64,000 nucleotides of DNA from Alphaproteobacteria bacterium (lineage in GTDB: Bacteria > Pseudomonadota > Alphaproteobacteria > Bin95). A program made the position numbers and the translations under genes. Numbering within the stretch: position 1 is the first letter of the stretch; each line of letters opens with the position of its first letter. The notes under the pieces are model-generated. The model was not told the origin of the DNA and searched no databases. It saw nothing but the letters and a program-made list of their open reading frames with translations. The stretch is from NCBI GenBank assembly GCA_964291285.2, contig OZ219786.1:864001-928000 (forward strand). The letters run 5' to 3'. Positions 53,553 to 64,000 of this stretch are shown here, piece after piece.

Positions 53553-53710
53553 AACGCGATCCTGAGCCTGCCGCCTTTCGGATCGCAAGCCCAATCGCCG
53601 AAATATTTTCTGGGCCTGTGCGGAAAAATTTTCCTATTCAGCGCGGGACTCGACCGGCGGTCCGGTCTATAGCGGCTGGCGGTCGAAGCACCAGCGCTCG
53701 ATACGTTAGC

Positions 53711-55722
53711 CCGACTTCCGCAACTCGGGGGTCATGAGGATGCTAACTCATTGAATAGCCTTGATCGTCTCCCCGAGGGTCGGCACTACAAGGCGGCGAA
53801 CGGAGAGGCGGCGCCGTGTGCCGTCAGGCGGAGATCCGGGGTGCGGGTTGCTGCGGCCAGGTCATGCCGAGCTGTTGCAGCAGTAGCTCGTGCTCCTTGT
53901 TCGGCCGGGTGTGGCGCGGCAGGACGAGGTGCCGGCCGTCGGTGGTTGGCAGATGGACGTCCACCATCTGGATGGTGGCGAAGGCCTCAAGGATGGCGCG
54001 TGGGGTGAGGCCCGGGGCGCGCGGCCGGGCGAGGTTCTTCAGGGTCACCAGCAGGCAGTAGGCGATGAACGAGACGAAGATATGCGCCTCGATGCGCTCT
54101 TGGCGCTGATGGAAGATGGGGCGGATCGCGAGGTCGTGCTTGAGTTCCTTGAACGCCTGCTCGATCTCGACGAGCTGCATGTACAGATGCCACAGCGTGG
54201 CGGGGTCTTCGGCGACCATGTTGGATCGCAGCAGGTAACGGCCCTCGCGGCGGCGGACCTGGCGCAGCCGGTCGCGCTGCAGGCGGAATGAGAAGCCGTT
54301 GGCGGCGAGTTCGCTGTCGGTCCCGGGCACGGTGATGTCGACCAGGCTCCAGGCCCGGCCGGCCTCCTTCCTGGCGGCGCCGAGCTTGAGCAACAACTGA
54401 TCCCGGCTGTTCGACTGCCCTTGCAACTCGGCCAATCGACGCCACAGCCTCTTCAGCCGGCGCCGGCGCATGCCGCGTTCCTTCACCTGCCGCCCCTCGC
54501 TGCGCACCAGGACGTAGAGCTCGCCATCCTCGACCAGAAGCTTGACAGTCACGGACTGGCGCACCTCCTGCCAGGGCAGGCCCAGGAACACCTTCTCGAG
54601 CCGCGTCAGCCGGCCCTTGGGCGTGCCCACCAGGTAGCGCACCGGCGCCTCGCCCTCGCGCATCGCGGCCAGCGTCTCCTCGGTGGGGATGCCGCGGTCC
54701 ATGATCCACACCCGCTCGGAGCGGCCATACTGATCCTCGATCTTCTTGAGGAACGCCGCCAGCGTGGTGTCGTCGGAGGTGTTGCCCGGCATCACCTCAT
54801 AGGCCAGCGGAAAGCCCTGCGGCGTAACGATCAGGGCGATCACCACCTGCACGCAGTCGGGCCGCTTGTCCCGGCTGTAGCCGAAGCGGCGCTTGTCATC
54901 GAACGGCGGATCGCTCTCGAAGTAGGTCGAGGTCAGGTCGTAGAGCAGCACGTCGAAGCGCGCCTCGAACAGCGTCGCCCAGCGGTCGCGCAGAAACGAG
55001 AAGAAGCCCTGCTTGTGCGCCAGCAGCTTGTCGAGACAGCGATAGAGTGTGTCGTCGGCGATCGCCCGCTCGCCACCCAGAAGATCGCGAAGCGCGCTGT
55101 GCTCATACCAGTGACGGTGAAGGCGCCACTCGCTGCCCGGGTCGATCAGCCGGTAGCAGACCTGGATCTTCAGGATGTCCAGCCACCGCGTGCCTTGCCG
55201 GCTCGCCGGCAGCCGCTCTTCCCAGAAGCGGTCCAGGTCCAGGCGGTCCCACAAGGACAGCGCCAGCCAGCACGCCCCCCACTGGCGCGGGTCGTGAAGC
55301 GCCACCTGCGAGAGGTCGATCTTCACCACTTCGCAAGTCAGCGCCGGCGCCTCCCGGTCCTCGGGAAACAGCGCCATCTGCCGTGATCGCGACTTGCCCT
55401 CCACCACCTCGATCGAGCGGCACCACGCCGCTCGCTGGCTGTCGTTGATCTCCCCGAGATAGAGCACCTGACGCTGAACAACCCGACCGCCGTGGACCCG
55501 GACGTTCTCCACAACGCTCCAGTAGCGGTGCTCCTTGCCGTCCTTGAAGCGTCTCTTGCAGCGCACGAACATCAGCGCAGCGTCCGGATCTTCGCCAGCC
55601 CGATCAAGGGGGTAGGTCGGCACTACAAGCCGGTCCCGAGAGGTACTGCACCGAAATCCGACACTTCTCGCGCCGGAAAACCGTCAAATCAGTCGATTCT
55701 CAAGCCGAGTTGCGGAAGTCGG
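53711..55722 (-). mobile_element. IS1634-family insertion sequence, complete
   Basis: Perfect TIRs CCGACTTCCGCAACTCGG (53711-53728 and 55705-55722); flanking direct repeat GTTAGC (53705-53710 and 55723-55728). An alternative reading is a 19-bp TIR with a TTAG duplication. Confidence 0.92.
53824..55572 (-). CDS. IS1634 family transposase
   Basis: YDLTSTYFE, GYSRDKRPD, MDRG and IEQAFKELK..LAIRPIFH motifs. Confidence 0.95.
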   Translation of the reverse strand: MFVRCKRRFKDGKEHRYWSVVENVRVHGGRVVQRQVLYLGEINDSQRAAWCRSIEVVEGKSRSRQMALFPEDREAPALTCEVVKIDLSQVALHDPRQWGACWLALSLWDRLDLDRFWEERLPASRQGTRWLDILKIQVCYRLIDPGSEWRLHRHWYEHSALRDLLGGERAIADDTLYRCLDKLLAHKQGFFSFLRDRWATLFEARFDVLLYDLTSTYFESDPPFDDKRRFGYSRDKRPDCVQVVIALIVTPQGFPLAYEVMPGNTSDDTTLAAFLKKIEDQYGRSERVWIMDRGIPTEETLAAMREGEAPVRYLVGTPKGRLTRLEKVFLGLPWQEVRQSVTVKLLVEDGELYVLVRSEGRQVKERGMRRRRLKRLWRRLAELQGQSNSRDQLLLKLGAARKEAGRAWSLVDITVPGTDSELAANGFSFRLQRDRLRQVRRREGRYLLRSNMVAEDPATLWHLYMQLVEIEQAFKELKHDLAIRPIFHQRQERIEAHIFVSFIAYCLLVTLKNLARPRAPGLTPRAILEAFATIQMVDVHLPTTDGRHLVLPRHTRPNKEHELLLQQLGMTWPQQPAPRISA

Positions 55723-55742
55723 GTTAGCATGAGGAGGAAACC

Positions 55743-56051
55743 GTGAGCAAATCGATCCTGAAACCGGCGGCCGTCTGCGCCGCCCTCGTCGCCGCTGCCG
55801 GCGCGGCGTTCGCCAGCGGCTATCCGCTCGGGCTGCTGCCCGGCTGGCCGGAGGAGCGGACGGCCTCGCAGGCCTGCTTCGAGTATTGCGTCGCGAAGGA
55901 GGGGTGCGCGCCCGGGTGGTATCCCGCGGCGGCGGGACCGCACTATCCGTTCCCTTCCAGCCGGCCCGACGGTTGCACGGCTTACTGCGTCGCGGTGTGC
56001 AGCCCGCTCGGAAGCAGCCTCCCCGACAGCGGGCTCAGGTTCCGATTCTAG
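55743..56051 (+). CDS. Small secreted cysteine-rich protein
   Basis: RBS GAGGAGG, signal peptide ending AFA, two CxxxC..C motifs. Confidence 0.75.
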   Translation: MSKSILKPAAVCAALVAAAGAAFASGYPLGLLPGWPEERTASQACFEYCVAKEGCAPGWYPAAAGPHYPFPSSRPDGCTAYCVAVCSPLGSSLPDSGLRFRF

Positions 56052-56092
56052 CGCACGATCCGTTCCGGTTGGATCGACTTCATTCGCCGTCG

Positions 56093-56129
56093 CCCCGGCC
56101 CCGCGAGGCCCCGGCTCGGGGGGCCGGGG
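56093..56129. terminator. GC-rich hairpin between convergent genes
   Basis: CCCCGGCCCC...GGGGCCGGGG stem; no clear U-tract. Confidence 0.4.
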
Positions 56130-56181
56130 CGACGGTCGGGACCTTGTGGACAGGAAAGCAGGATCGCGGCAACTCCATCAG

Positions 56182-56973
56182 CTACACCCGCGCGACGATG
56201 AACAGGCGGGGGAAGGGGTAGAGGGTCTCGCCGCTGTCCAGCCTGGGGTAGAGGGCGCGCAGGCGGGCGGCGTAGGCGGCGAGGAAGCGGTCCTTCTCCC
56301 CGCCTTCCAGCGCTTCCAGCACCGGGCGCAGGCCCGTGCCCTTGACCCATTCCAGCACCGGGTCCGCGCCCTCCAACACCTGGATGTAGCGCGTCTCCCA
56401 GATGTCCAGTTCCGAGACCAGCGGGCGGAACAGGCCGTAATACCAGTCGGCCTCGGCCACCCACTTGTACGCCAGCCGCGCCCGCAATTCGGGCGTGCCG
56501 AAGCCATGCTCGTCGAGGACGTCGCGCATTCCCCTGTGGCTCGGCTCCGACCAGCTCATCGGCATCTGCGCCGCGAACACGCCTCCCGGCGCCAGCGTGC
56601 CCAGCAGGCGCGGAAACAGCGCCTCATGGTCGTCCGCCCACTGGTAGACGGCGTTGGCGTAGAGCAGGTCCACCGGCCGGTCGGGGCGCCAGTCCCGGAG
56701 GTCGGCCCTCGACCAGGCGACGCGGGCGTCCGGGTCCCCGGCTGCCGCTTCCTCCAGCATCGCTTCGGAGAGGTCGTGCCCGCGCACATCCGCTTCCGGC
56801 CAGCGCGCCGCCATGGCGCGGGCGATATCGCCGGTCCCGCAGCCCATATCGACGGCGATGCGGACATTGTCGTGCTCGACCCGCTGGAACAGTTCGAGCG
56901 CCGGCCGCAGGCGGTGCCCGCCGAAGCGCAGATATTGCCCGGGGTTCCAGGCCCCGCCCCCTCTTGTGGTCAT
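56182..56973 (-). CDS. tam: Trans-aconitate 2-methyltransferase
   Basis: WNPGQYLRF..HRLRPA, DMGCGTG, KGTGLRP and PFPRLFIVA motifs. Confidence 0.9.
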   Translation of the reverse strand: MTTRGGGAWNPGQYLRFGGHRLRPALELFQRVEHDNVRIAVDMGCGTGDIARAMAARWPEADVRGHDLSEAMLEEAAAGDPDARVAWSRADLRDWRPDRPVDLLYANAVYQWADDHEALFPRLLGTLAPGGVFAAQMPMSWSEPSHRGMRDVLDEHGFGTPELRARLAYKWVAEADWYYGLFRPLVSELDIWETRYIQVLEGADPVLEWVKGTGLRPVLEALEGGEKDRFLAAYAARLRALYPRLDSGETLYPFPRLFIVARV

Positions 56974-58349
56974 CGACGCTCCCTGCACATTGCGAAATCC
57001 AGCCGGAAGACAGTTCCCTCGCCGCCGGAAGAAATCAACCGGATGGACCCGCCATGGGCGCGCATGATCTCGCGCGCGATCGCAAGGCCGAGGCCTGAGC
57101 CGTCCGGCCGGGTCGAACCCTGGAACGGCCGGAACAGGTTCTCGCGCGCCCGCTCCGGCAGACCGGGGCCGTCATCCGCAACCGTCACATGCACCCGCCC
57201 GTCGCGCAGCCTCGCCGTCGCCGAAACCGTCCCGGCGCCGGCCTCCGCCGCATTGCGGGCGAGATTGGCGAAGACGCGGAACAGCTGCTCCCGGTCGCCT
57301 TCGACCGCCGTCCCGGACTCGATGTCGTTGGTCCACGACACGCCCTTGCCTGCAACGCTCGCCGCGTCGTCGATGAGCTCCGCCAGCGGAACCGCCTCCA
57401 GGGTGAGCCGGGGACCGCCGGCGCGCGCGAAATCCACCACCCGGGTGCAGAGCCCGACCGCCCGGTCGAGCGCCCCCACCAGGGTCGGGACGGCCTTTCG
57501 CACGCGCGGGTCGCGGCTCTCGCCGAGGCTGTCGGAGACAAGCTGGGCCGAGGCCAGCATGTTGCGCAGGTCATGGTTGATCTTCGCCACGCCCTCGCCC
57601 ACCGCCGCCAGATGCGCGCGGTGGCTGAGCGCCGCGTGGAGGCGGCGCTGCATCCCGGCGAGCTGGCGTTCGGCCGTACCGATCTCGTCGCTGCGCTCCG
57701 AGGGGCCATGAATGCGGCTCTGGTCTTCCGGGTCGGCGCCGAAGCGCACCATCGCCTCCGTCAGCCGGCTCATCGGGCGGACCATGAGCCAGTGCAGCGC
57801 GAGGAAGACCGCCGCCGCCGTCAGCGCCGAGATCACCAGCGAGAGCAGCAGGATGCGCTCGGAATAGGCGATCATCTCCTCGCGCATCGGCCACTCGTCC
57901 ATCGTGATCTCGACCCGCGCGCCCGGCTCGCGGGAGGAGGCGCCGCTGACCTGCAGCACCCGGTTCCCCGTCTGGGCGAGCGTGTACGCGGCGTCCCAGA
58001 CCGAAGCGACTGCCATGGTCTCGTCCAGATCGAAGGCGGCGTCCACATCGGGCGGCATGCTGCCGCCGAGCATGTAGGTCGTGTGGTCGCCCACCCTGAG
58101 CTCGACGCTGTAGGCCGACACCTGGCGCAACAGGCGCATTTCCAGCGCTTCATCGACGGCCCTGGTCGGCGCCGCCTCCAGGGCAAGCGCGGCGATATGG
58201 GCATCCGCCAGCCGGTCCGCCAGATAGACGACCCTGAAGCGCGCGATGGACGGCGCGTAGATCAGCAGTTCCGCCAGCATGACGAAAAACACGGTGAGCA
58301 CGAGCAGGCGCGCCGAAAGCGAGCGAAACGAGCGCGGCAGCCGCATCAT
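56970..58349 (-). CDS. HAMP-domain sensor histidine kinase
   Basis: KINHDLRN H-box, NLARNA, DDGPG and GSGLGL motifs. Confidence 0.93.
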   Translation of the reverse strand: MMRLPRSFRSLSARLLVLTVFFVMLAELLIYAPSIARFRVVYLADRLADAHIAALALEAAPTRAVDEALEMRLLRQVSAYSVELRVGDHTTYMLGGSMPPDVDAAFDLDETMAVASVWDAAYTLAQTGNRVLQVSGASSREPGARVEITMDEWPMREEMIAYSERILLLSLVISALTAAAVFLALHWLMVRPMSRLTEAMVRFGADPEDQSRIHGPSERSDEIGTAERQLAGMQRRLHAALSHRAHLAAVGEGVAKINHDLRNMLASAQLVSDSLGESRDPRVRKAVPTLVGALDRAVGLCTRVVDFARAGGPRLTLEAVPLAELIDDAASVAGKGVSWTNDIESGTAVEGDREQLFRVFANLARNAAEAGAGTVSATARLRDGRVHVTVADDGPGLPERARENLFRPFQGSTRPDGSGLGLAIAREIMRAHGGSIRLISSGGEGTVFRLDFAMCRERR

Positions 58350-59077
58350 GCGGCCGGCGGGGCGCGCCGGAAACGCCTGTAGGCAACCGGCACCAGCGCC
58401 AGCACGGAAAGACCCAGGATCGGCAGCAGGATTTCCGGCTCCAGGATAAGGCCGAGGTCCGGCTCGCCGCCGCTGTCGAAGACCGCGCCCAGCCCGTTGC
58501 CGACGCTCGTATAGACGAAGGTACCGGGAATGATGCCGATGAAGGTGGCGCTGACATAGGTCGCAAGCCGCACATTGGCGAAGGCCGGCGCGATGTTCAC
58601 GAGGAAGAACGGGAAAAGCGGCACCAGCCTGAGCACCAGCAGGTAGTTGAAGGCATTCTGCCGGAAGCCGCTGTCCATGCGTTCGAGCGCGGTCCCGACC
58701 CTGGTGCGCAGCCGGTCGCCGAGCACGGTCTGCGCCGCGACGAACAGGGCCGTCGCGCCGAGCGTGGCGCCGACGACCGTCGCCGCGGTGCCGAACCAGA
58801 GCCCGAAGAAGAACCCGCCGGAAATGGTCGCGACCGCGCCCACCGGCAGCGAGAAGGCAATGACGACGGTATAGCCCGCCAGATAGGCGAGCAGCGCGAG
58901 CACAAGGTTTGCCTCGACCCAGGAGGCCAGCATCTCCCGGTTGTCGCGGAGCGCCTCGAAGCTCAGTTGCTCGTGGAGCCCGGCGGCGAAGAATGCGGCG
59001 AGGCCGGCGGCCAGCACCGCCAGGATCGAAAGCCGTTTCGCCGCGCCGCCGAGCGAGCGCCGTCCGTTGGCGGCCAT
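58346..59077 (-). CDS. TVP38/TMEM64 (VTT) membrane protein
   Basis: LRLVPLFPFFLVN and GIIPGTF motifs; start approximate. Confidence 0.9.
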   Translation of the reverse strand: MAANGRRSLGGAAKRLSILAVLAAGLAAFFAAGLHEQLSFEALRDNREMLASWVEANLVLALLAYLAGYTVVIAFSLPVGAVATISGGFFFGLWFGTAATVVGATLGATALFVAAQTVLGDRLRTRVGTALERMDSGFRQNAFNYLLVLRLVPLFPFFLVNIAPAFANVRLATYVSATFIGIIPGTFVYTSVGNGLGAVFDSGGEPDLGLILEPEILLPILGLSVLALVPVAYRRFRRAPPAA

Positions 59078-59204
59078 CCACACATCTCCGCGTCGTCCGA
59101 GTCCCGCCATCATAGCGTTGACAGCCGAACGGGGTATCTCCATTATCCGGCCATCCGGATGCGGCCGGCGGCCGTAATATCCTCCGCGATGGAGTTCATT
59201 TTCC

Positions 59205-59339
59205 GTGAAACGCACTTTCCAGCCGAGCCGCCTCGTGCGCAAGCGGCGCCACGGCTTTCGCGCCCGCAAGGGGACCGTGGGCGGCCGCCGCGTGCTGAAA
59301 CGGCGGCGCGCCAAGGGGCGCAAGGTCCTCTCGGCCTGA
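59205..59339 (+). CDS. rpmH: 50S ribosomal protein L34 (absent from the ORF track)
   Basis: Manual translation: [44 protein letters not shown]. Confidence 0.97.
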   Translation: MKRTFQPSRLVRKRRHGFRARKGTVGGRRVLKRRRAKGRKVLSA

Positions 59340-59359
59340 GCCCGGCTCCGCCGACCCGC

Positions 59360-59692
59360 ATGGACACCCCCCGGACGCTCAGGAAACGCGCCGACTTCCT
59401 CCGCGTCCGTGCGGCCGGCCGCCGCTGGGCCGCGGCCGGGCTCGTGCTGCAGATGCGCGAGCGTGGCGACGACGGCCCGATGCAGGTGGGCTACACCGTG
59501 TCCAAGAAGGTCGGGAACGCTGTCGAGCGCAACCGGGTGCGCCGGCGCCTGCGCGCCGCCGTTCGCGAGTCACTGGCGCCCCGCCCCGGCAGGGACTATG
59601 TCGTGATCGGCCGCCGCGCCGCGCTGACCCGGGGCTGGGAGGCGCTGACCGGCGACCTCAGGGCCGCCGCCGACCGGGTCGAACGACAATGA
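59360..59692 (+). CDS. rnpA: RNase P protein component
   Basis: [19 protein letters not shown] motif. Confidence 0.95.
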   Translation: MDTPRTLRKRADFLRVRAAGRRWAAAGLVLQMRERGDDGPMQVGYTVSKKVGNAVERNRVRRRLRAAVRESLAPRPGRDYVVIGRRAALTRGWEALTGDLRAAADRVERQ

Positions 59693-59922
59693 AGCTGCTG
59701 CTCAAGGCGCCCATCTACGCCTATCGCTGGCTGATCTCGCCCTGGCTGCCGGCGAATTGCCGCTACATGCCGACATGCTCCACCTTTGCGCTGCAGGCCA
59801 TCGATTCGCATGGCGTGCTGCGCGGCGGCTGGCTTGCGGCGAAACGCCTCGCCCGCTGCCATCCCTGGGGCGGTTCGGGTTATGACCCGGTGCCGCCGGA
59901 AGACGGCGCTGACCGCCGCTGA
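59689..59922 (+). CDS. yidD: Membrane protein insertion efficiency factor
   Basis: CRYMPTCS and [14 protein letters not shown] motifs. Confidence 0.95.
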   Translation: MKLLLKAPIYAYRWLISPWLPANCRYMPTCSTFALQAIDSHGVLRGGWLAAKRLARCHPWGGSGYDPVPPEDGADRR

Positions 59923-59939
59923 ACGGACGCTTCCGCCCC

Positions 59940-61688
59940 GTGCTCGACAACCGCAACCTCCTCCTAGCGATCGTCATCTCGATCGGCATCCTGCTGGTGT
60001 TCCAGATGATGATGCCGCCGCCGGAGCCGCCGCCCCCGGCGGAGGAGGCCGGCGCGCCCGGTGCGCCGCCCGCGCCCGGCGCGGAGACGGGCGCCATCCC
60101 CACGCCCGGAGGACTGCCCGCCCCGTCCGGCGTCGTTCCGGGAACGCAGCCGGCCGCCCGGCAGCCCGCGGCTGAGGGGCAGGCGCCCCGCATCCCGATA
60201 GAAGACGGTCGCGTCTCCGGCTCGATCCCGCTCGCCGGGGCGCGCATAGACAGCATCACGCTCAAGGATTACCGGCAGACGCCCGACACCGACAGTTCGC
60301 TCATCACCCTCTTGTCTCCGCCCGGCACGCGCGGGGCCTTTTACGCCGAGCTCGGCTGGGTCGCGGCCGACGGGACGACGCCGGTGCCGACCGGCACCAC
60401 ACTATGGGCCACCAACGACCGCCAGCTGAGCCGCGAACGGCCGCTCAAGCTGTCCTGGGACAATGGCGCGGGCCTGCGCTTCTCCCGGACCGTCGAGCTT
60501 GCGGACGACTACCTGCTGACGGTCGAGCAGTCCGTCGCCAACGACACGGCCTTTCCGGTCACGCTCTATCCCTACGGCCTCGTGTCGCGCTCCGGCACGC
60601 CGGAGACCTCGGGTTTCTTCATCCTGCATGAAGGCCCGCTCGGCGTTCTCGACGAAGTCCTGGAGGAGCACGACTACGACGATCTCGTCGACGACGGCGA
60701 GATCAAGGTCGAGAATACGCAGGGCTGGCTCGGCATCACCGACAAATACTGGCTGACGGCCCTCATCCCGGAACCGGGCGAAGCCTTCACGGCGCGCTTC
60801 CTGCACAGGCTCGAGCAGGGCATCGACAAATACCAGACCGATTATCTGCGCACCGCCGTCATCGTGCCGCCAGGCGGGCGCGCCGCAGTGCGCAACCACG
60901 TTTTCACGGGCGCCAAGAAGGCCCACCTGCTGGACCGCTACCGCGACGACCTCGACTTCGCCAAGTTCGACCTCGCCATCGACTTCGGCTGGTTCTACTT
61001 CCTCACTAAGCCGTTCTTCTACGCGCTCTCCTGGCTGCAGGGCGTGCTCGGTAATTTCGGCCTGGCGATCCTGGCGCTCACGGTGGGGGTCAAGCTGGTC
61101 TTCTTCCCGCTGGCGAACAAGTCATACCGCTCGATGAGCCAGATGAAGGCGCTGCAGCCGGAAATGCTGAAGCTGCGTGAGCGCCTCGGCGACGACCGGC
61201 AGAAGCTCAACCAGGAAATGATGGCCCTCTACAAGCGCGAGAAGGTCAACCCGGCCGCCGGCTGCCTCCCGATCCTCATCCAGATTCCGGTCTTCTTCGC
61301 GCTCTACAAGGTGCTGTTCGTGGCCATCGAAATGCGCCACGCGCCGTTCTATGGCTGGATCGAGGACCTGTCGGCGGTCGATCCGACGAACCTGTTCACG
61401 CTCTTCGGCCTGGTGGACTGGGGCCCGCCCTCCTTCCTGCATATCGGCGTCTGGCCGATCCTGATGGGCCTTTCCATGTGGGCGCAGATGCGGCTCAACC
61501 CGACGCCCGCCGACCCCATTCAGGCCAAGATCTTCCAGTTCATGCCGCTGGTCTTCACCTTCCTGCTGGCGACCTTCCCGGCCGGACTGGTGATCTACTG
61601 GACCTGGAACAACCTCCTCTCCATGGCGCAGCAATGGGTCATCATGCGCCGTCACGGCGTGACCCGCACGGCGGCTGGAAAAACCTGA
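59940..61688 (+). CDS. yidC: Membrane protein insertase YidC
   Basis: [19 protein letters not shown] and IYWTWNN motifs. Confidence 0.97.
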   Translation: MLDNRNLLLAIVISIGILLVFQMMMPPPEPPPPAEEAGAPGAPPAPGAETGAIPTPGGLPAPSGVVPGTQPAARQPAAEGQAPRIPIEDGRVSGSIPLAGARIDSITLKDYRQTPDTDSSLITLLSPPGTRGAFYAELGWVAADGTTPVPTGTTLWATNDRQLSRERPLKLSWDNGAGLRFSRTVELADDYLLTVEQSVANDTAFPVTLYPYGLVSRSGTPETSGFFILHEGPLGVLDEVLEEHDYDDLVDDGEIKVENTQGWLGITDKYWLTALIPEPGEAFTARFLHRLEQGIDKYQTDYLRTAVIVPPGGRAAVRNHVFTGAKKAHLLDRYRDDLDFAKFDLAIDFGWFYFLTKPFFYALSWLQGVLGNFGLAILALTVGVKLVFFPLANKSYRSMSQMKALQPEMLKLRERLGDDRQKLNQEMMALYKREKVNPAAGCLPILIQIPVFFALYKVLFVAIEMRHAPFYGWIEDLSAVDPTNLFTLFGLVDWGPPSFLHIGVWPILMGLSMWAQMRLNPTPADPIQAKIFQFMPLVFTFLLATFPAGLVIYWTWNNLLSMAQQWVIMRRHGVTRTAAGKT

Positions 61689-61700
61689 GGTCCACGGCCC

Positions 61701-62357
61701 GTGTGCCAGCCCGGCTCGTTGGAAGACACCCTGGAACTGGAGCGCGGCCGGCGGCTCTTCGCCGGGGAGTGCCGCTTCACGGCCGCCGCGGCCGAAGCCG
61801 GCCAGCTTCCCCCGGCCGGACTGCCGGAAGTCGCGTTCGCAGGACGCTCCAATGTCGGCAAGTCGAGCCTCGTGAACGCGCTTACCGGCCGCAGAAGCCT
61901 GGCGCGCACCTCCAACACGCCGGGCCGCACCCAGGCGCTGATCTTCTTCGACCTTGCCGGCCGGCTCGCCCTCGTCGATCTGCCCGGCTACGGCTATGCG
62001 AAGGTGTCGAAAACGAAGGCGGCGGCCTGGACGGCGTTCACCCGCGACTATCTCGCCGGGCGGGCGACGCTTCGCCGGCTCTGCCTGCTGGTCGATGCCC
62101 GGCACGGACTGAAGGCGAGCGACGCCGAGCTGATGGAGATGCTCGACCGCGCAGCGGTTGTCTATCAGGTGGTGCTGACCAAGATAGACAAGCTCGGCCC
62201 CCCGGCGCAGGAGCGCGCCGTGGCCGAGGTCGAGGCCGGGATTGCCCGCCGGGCCGCCGCGCATCCTGCCGTCATCGCCACCAGCGCCCGCGCCGGCGAC
62301 GGCGTCCCCCGGCTCCGCGCCGAACTCGCCGCCCTTGCAGAGGAGCCTGGCCCATGA
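61701..62357 (+). CDS. engB: GTP-binding protein YihA/EngB
   Basis: [17 protein letters not shown] and TKIDK motifs. Confidence 0.95.
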   Translation: MCQPGSLEDTLELERGRRLFAGECRFTAAAAEAGQLPPAGLPEVAFAGRSNVGKSSLVNALTGRRSLARTSNTPGRTQALIFFDLAGRLALVDLPGYGYAKVSKTKAAAWTAFTRDYLAGRATLRRLCLLVDARHGLKASDAELMEMLDRAAVVYQVVLTKIDKLGPPAQERAVAEVEAGIARRAAAHPAVIATSARAGDGVPRLRAELAALAEEPGP

Positions 62358-63274
62358 CGGAGACTGCCGCCGGTCCGCTTGCCGGCATGCTCGCCGACGG
62401 CATCGCGAAAGCGGCCGTGCTTTCGGAGGCGGTGCCGCATATTGCGCGCTACGCCGGCGCCACCGTCGTCGTCAAATATGGCGGCCATGCGATGGGCGAC
62501 GCCGACGCGCTCGCCGGCTTTGCGCGCGACGTCGTGCTGATGAAGCAGATCGGCATCCACCCCGTGGTGGTGCATGGCGGCGGCCCGCAGATCGGGGGCA
62601 TGCTGGAACGCCTCGGCATCGGCAGCGACTTCGTGGACGGGCTCCGGGTGACGACCGCGGAGACGGTCGAGATCGTCGAGATGGTGCTGGCGGGCCGCAT
62701 CAACAAGGCTGTGGCCGCCGCCATCGGCAAGGCCGGCGGACGCGCCGTCGGCCTCTCCGGCAAGGATGCGGAACTGATAACCGCAAAACGCCTGAAGCGC
62801 ATGCGCCGCGACCCGGAGTCGAACATCGAGAAGGCGCTCGACCTCGGCTTCGTCGGCGAGCCCTCCGGCGTCGATACCGGCGTGATCGACGCGCTGGCGC
62901 AGGCGGGCTTCATTCCGGTGGTCGCGCCCATCGGCCTCGGCGAGGACGGCGAGACCTACAACATCAACGCGGACACCGCCGCCGGGGCCATCGCCGCCGC
63001 CTGCAAGGCGCGCCGCTTCCTGCTGCTGACCGACGTGGCGGGCGTGCTTGACGAGGAAGGCCGGCTCATTCCCGAAATGGACCGCGGCCGCGCCCGGCGG
63101 ATGATCGCCGACGGCGCGATCAGGGGCGGCATGATCCCGAAGGTGGAGACCTGCCTCGACGCCGTCGAGGGCGGGGTCGAGGCGGCGGTGATCCTGGACG
63201 GGCGAATGGACCATGCCGTGCTGCTGGAAATCCTGACGCATTCGGGCGCGGGCACGCTGATCCGGCGGCAATGA
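62354..63274 (+). CDS. argB: Acetylglutamate kinase
   Basis: KYGGHAM, HGGGPQI, NINADT and GGMIPK motifs. Confidence 0.97.
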   Translation: MTETAAGPLAGMLADGIAKAAVLSEAVPHIARYAGATVVVKYGGHAMGDADALAGFARDVVLMKQIGIHPVVVHGGGPQIGGMLERLGIGSDFVDGLRVTTAETVEIVEMVLAGRINKAVAAAIGKAGGRAVGLSGKDAELITAKRLKRMRRDPESNIEKALDLGFVGEPSGVDTGVIDALAQAGFIPVVAPIGLGEDGETYNINADTAAGAIAAACKARRFLLLTDVAGVLDEEGRLIPEMDRGRARRMIADGAIRGGMIPKVETCLDAVEGGVEAAVILDGRMDHAVLLEILTHSGAGTLIRRQ

Positions 63275-63945
63275 ACGACCCGCTTCCCGATCCCGGCCGC
63301 GTGGACTGCTGGATTTTCGACCTCGACAACACGCTCTACAGCCCGTCGGAATGCGATATCCCGGAACAGATGGAAGCGGCGATCTCCGCCTTCATCCAAC
63401 GCCATCTCGGCGTTTCGACGGACGAAGCCGACCGGCTTCGCAGCGTATGGCACGGCCGCTACGGGATGACCCTTGGCGGCGTGATCGCGGAATGCCGTGC
63501 GGACCCCCATGACTACCTCGAGGAAACCCACCGCCTCGATCTTTCCTCGCTTCGACCTTCCCCGCGCCTGCAACGGCTGATTGCCGGACTGCCGGGCCGG
63601 CGCCTCGTCCACACCAATGCAACCGTCGCCCATGCCGAGCGTGTGCTGGACCGGCTCGGGCTCAGCGCGCATTTCGAGGCCGTGTTCGATGTCGAAGCTG
63701 CCGGGCTCCTGCCCAAGCCGGACCCGGAAGGCTACCGGCGCCTGCTCGCCCGCCACGCGGTCGATCCGCGCCGCGCCGTGATGGTGGAGGATATGGCCCG
63801 CAACCTCATCCCCGCCGCCGCTTCCGGCATGACGACCGTCTGGCTGTGCACCGAACGCCCCCAGGGCGCCCGCGGCCTCGATCCCGCCACCGTCCACCAT
63901 ATCGTCGAAAGTCTGGAGGACTGGCTGGACGCAGTGACGGGCTGA
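63271..63945 (+). CDS. Pyrimidine 5'-nucleotidase (HAD family)
   Basis: [11 protein letters not shown] and EDMARNL motifs; conserved position after argB. Confidence 0.88.
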   Translation: MNDPLPDPGRVDCWIFDLDNTLYSPSECDIPEQMEAAISAFIQRHLGVSTDEADRLRSVWHGRYGMTLGGVIAECRADPHDYLEETHRLDLSSLRPSPRLQRLIAGLPGRRLVHTNATVAHAERVLDRLGLSAHFEAVFDVEAAGLLPKPDPEGYRRLLARHAVDPRRAVMVEDMARNLIPAAASGMTTVWLCTERPQGARGLDPATVHHIVESLEDWLDAVTG

Positions 63946-64000
63946 GTACAAATCGAGCGGGTTTCCGCTGTTCCGGTCGAACGGGTAACTTCATTCTCTG

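Noticed and set aside
56970-59081. 703-aa kinase ORF suggesting a TVP38-kinase fusion
   Set aside because: The two genes are in different frames and overlap at 58346-58349; the extension is an off-frame read of the TVP38 gene.

Overview
Very GC-rich (roughly 70% by eye) alphaproteobacterial, Rhodospirillales-like chromosomal segment. Most of it is conserved core: hslO-argF-argD, oxyR, prfB (with its +1 frameshift), PBP1A-amiC/rne, tkt-gap, zapA-6S RNA-ygfA, ymdB-yebC-ruvCAB-ybgC-tolQRAB-pal-cpoB-tilS-ftsH-folP-glmM, thiD, a TRAP transporter, and rpmH-rnpA-yidD-yidC-engB-argB. There are four accessory features of note. (1) An intact IS110 element whose bridge-RNA guides can be matched by eye to its own donor junction and insertion site. 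(2) A repeated, apparently unnamed cassette (promoter, covarying hairpin, conserved motifs, RBS with a variable short ORF, and CATGACA arrays phased at 10 bp) at ~2.4-3.0 kb and ~11.9-14.1 kb, with a possible third relative at ~44.1-44.8 kb. The IS110 is inserted into a conserved motif of this cassette. (3) A REP-like-repeat-bracketed block with a solo IS630-type HTH gene, a phd-vapC pair and a MATE gene. (4) A small island with a wHTH-like protein, a secreted Cys/Pro-rich triple-duplication protein and a small secreted six-Cys protein, split by an IS1634. All calls come from manual motif recognition; no database searches were run.
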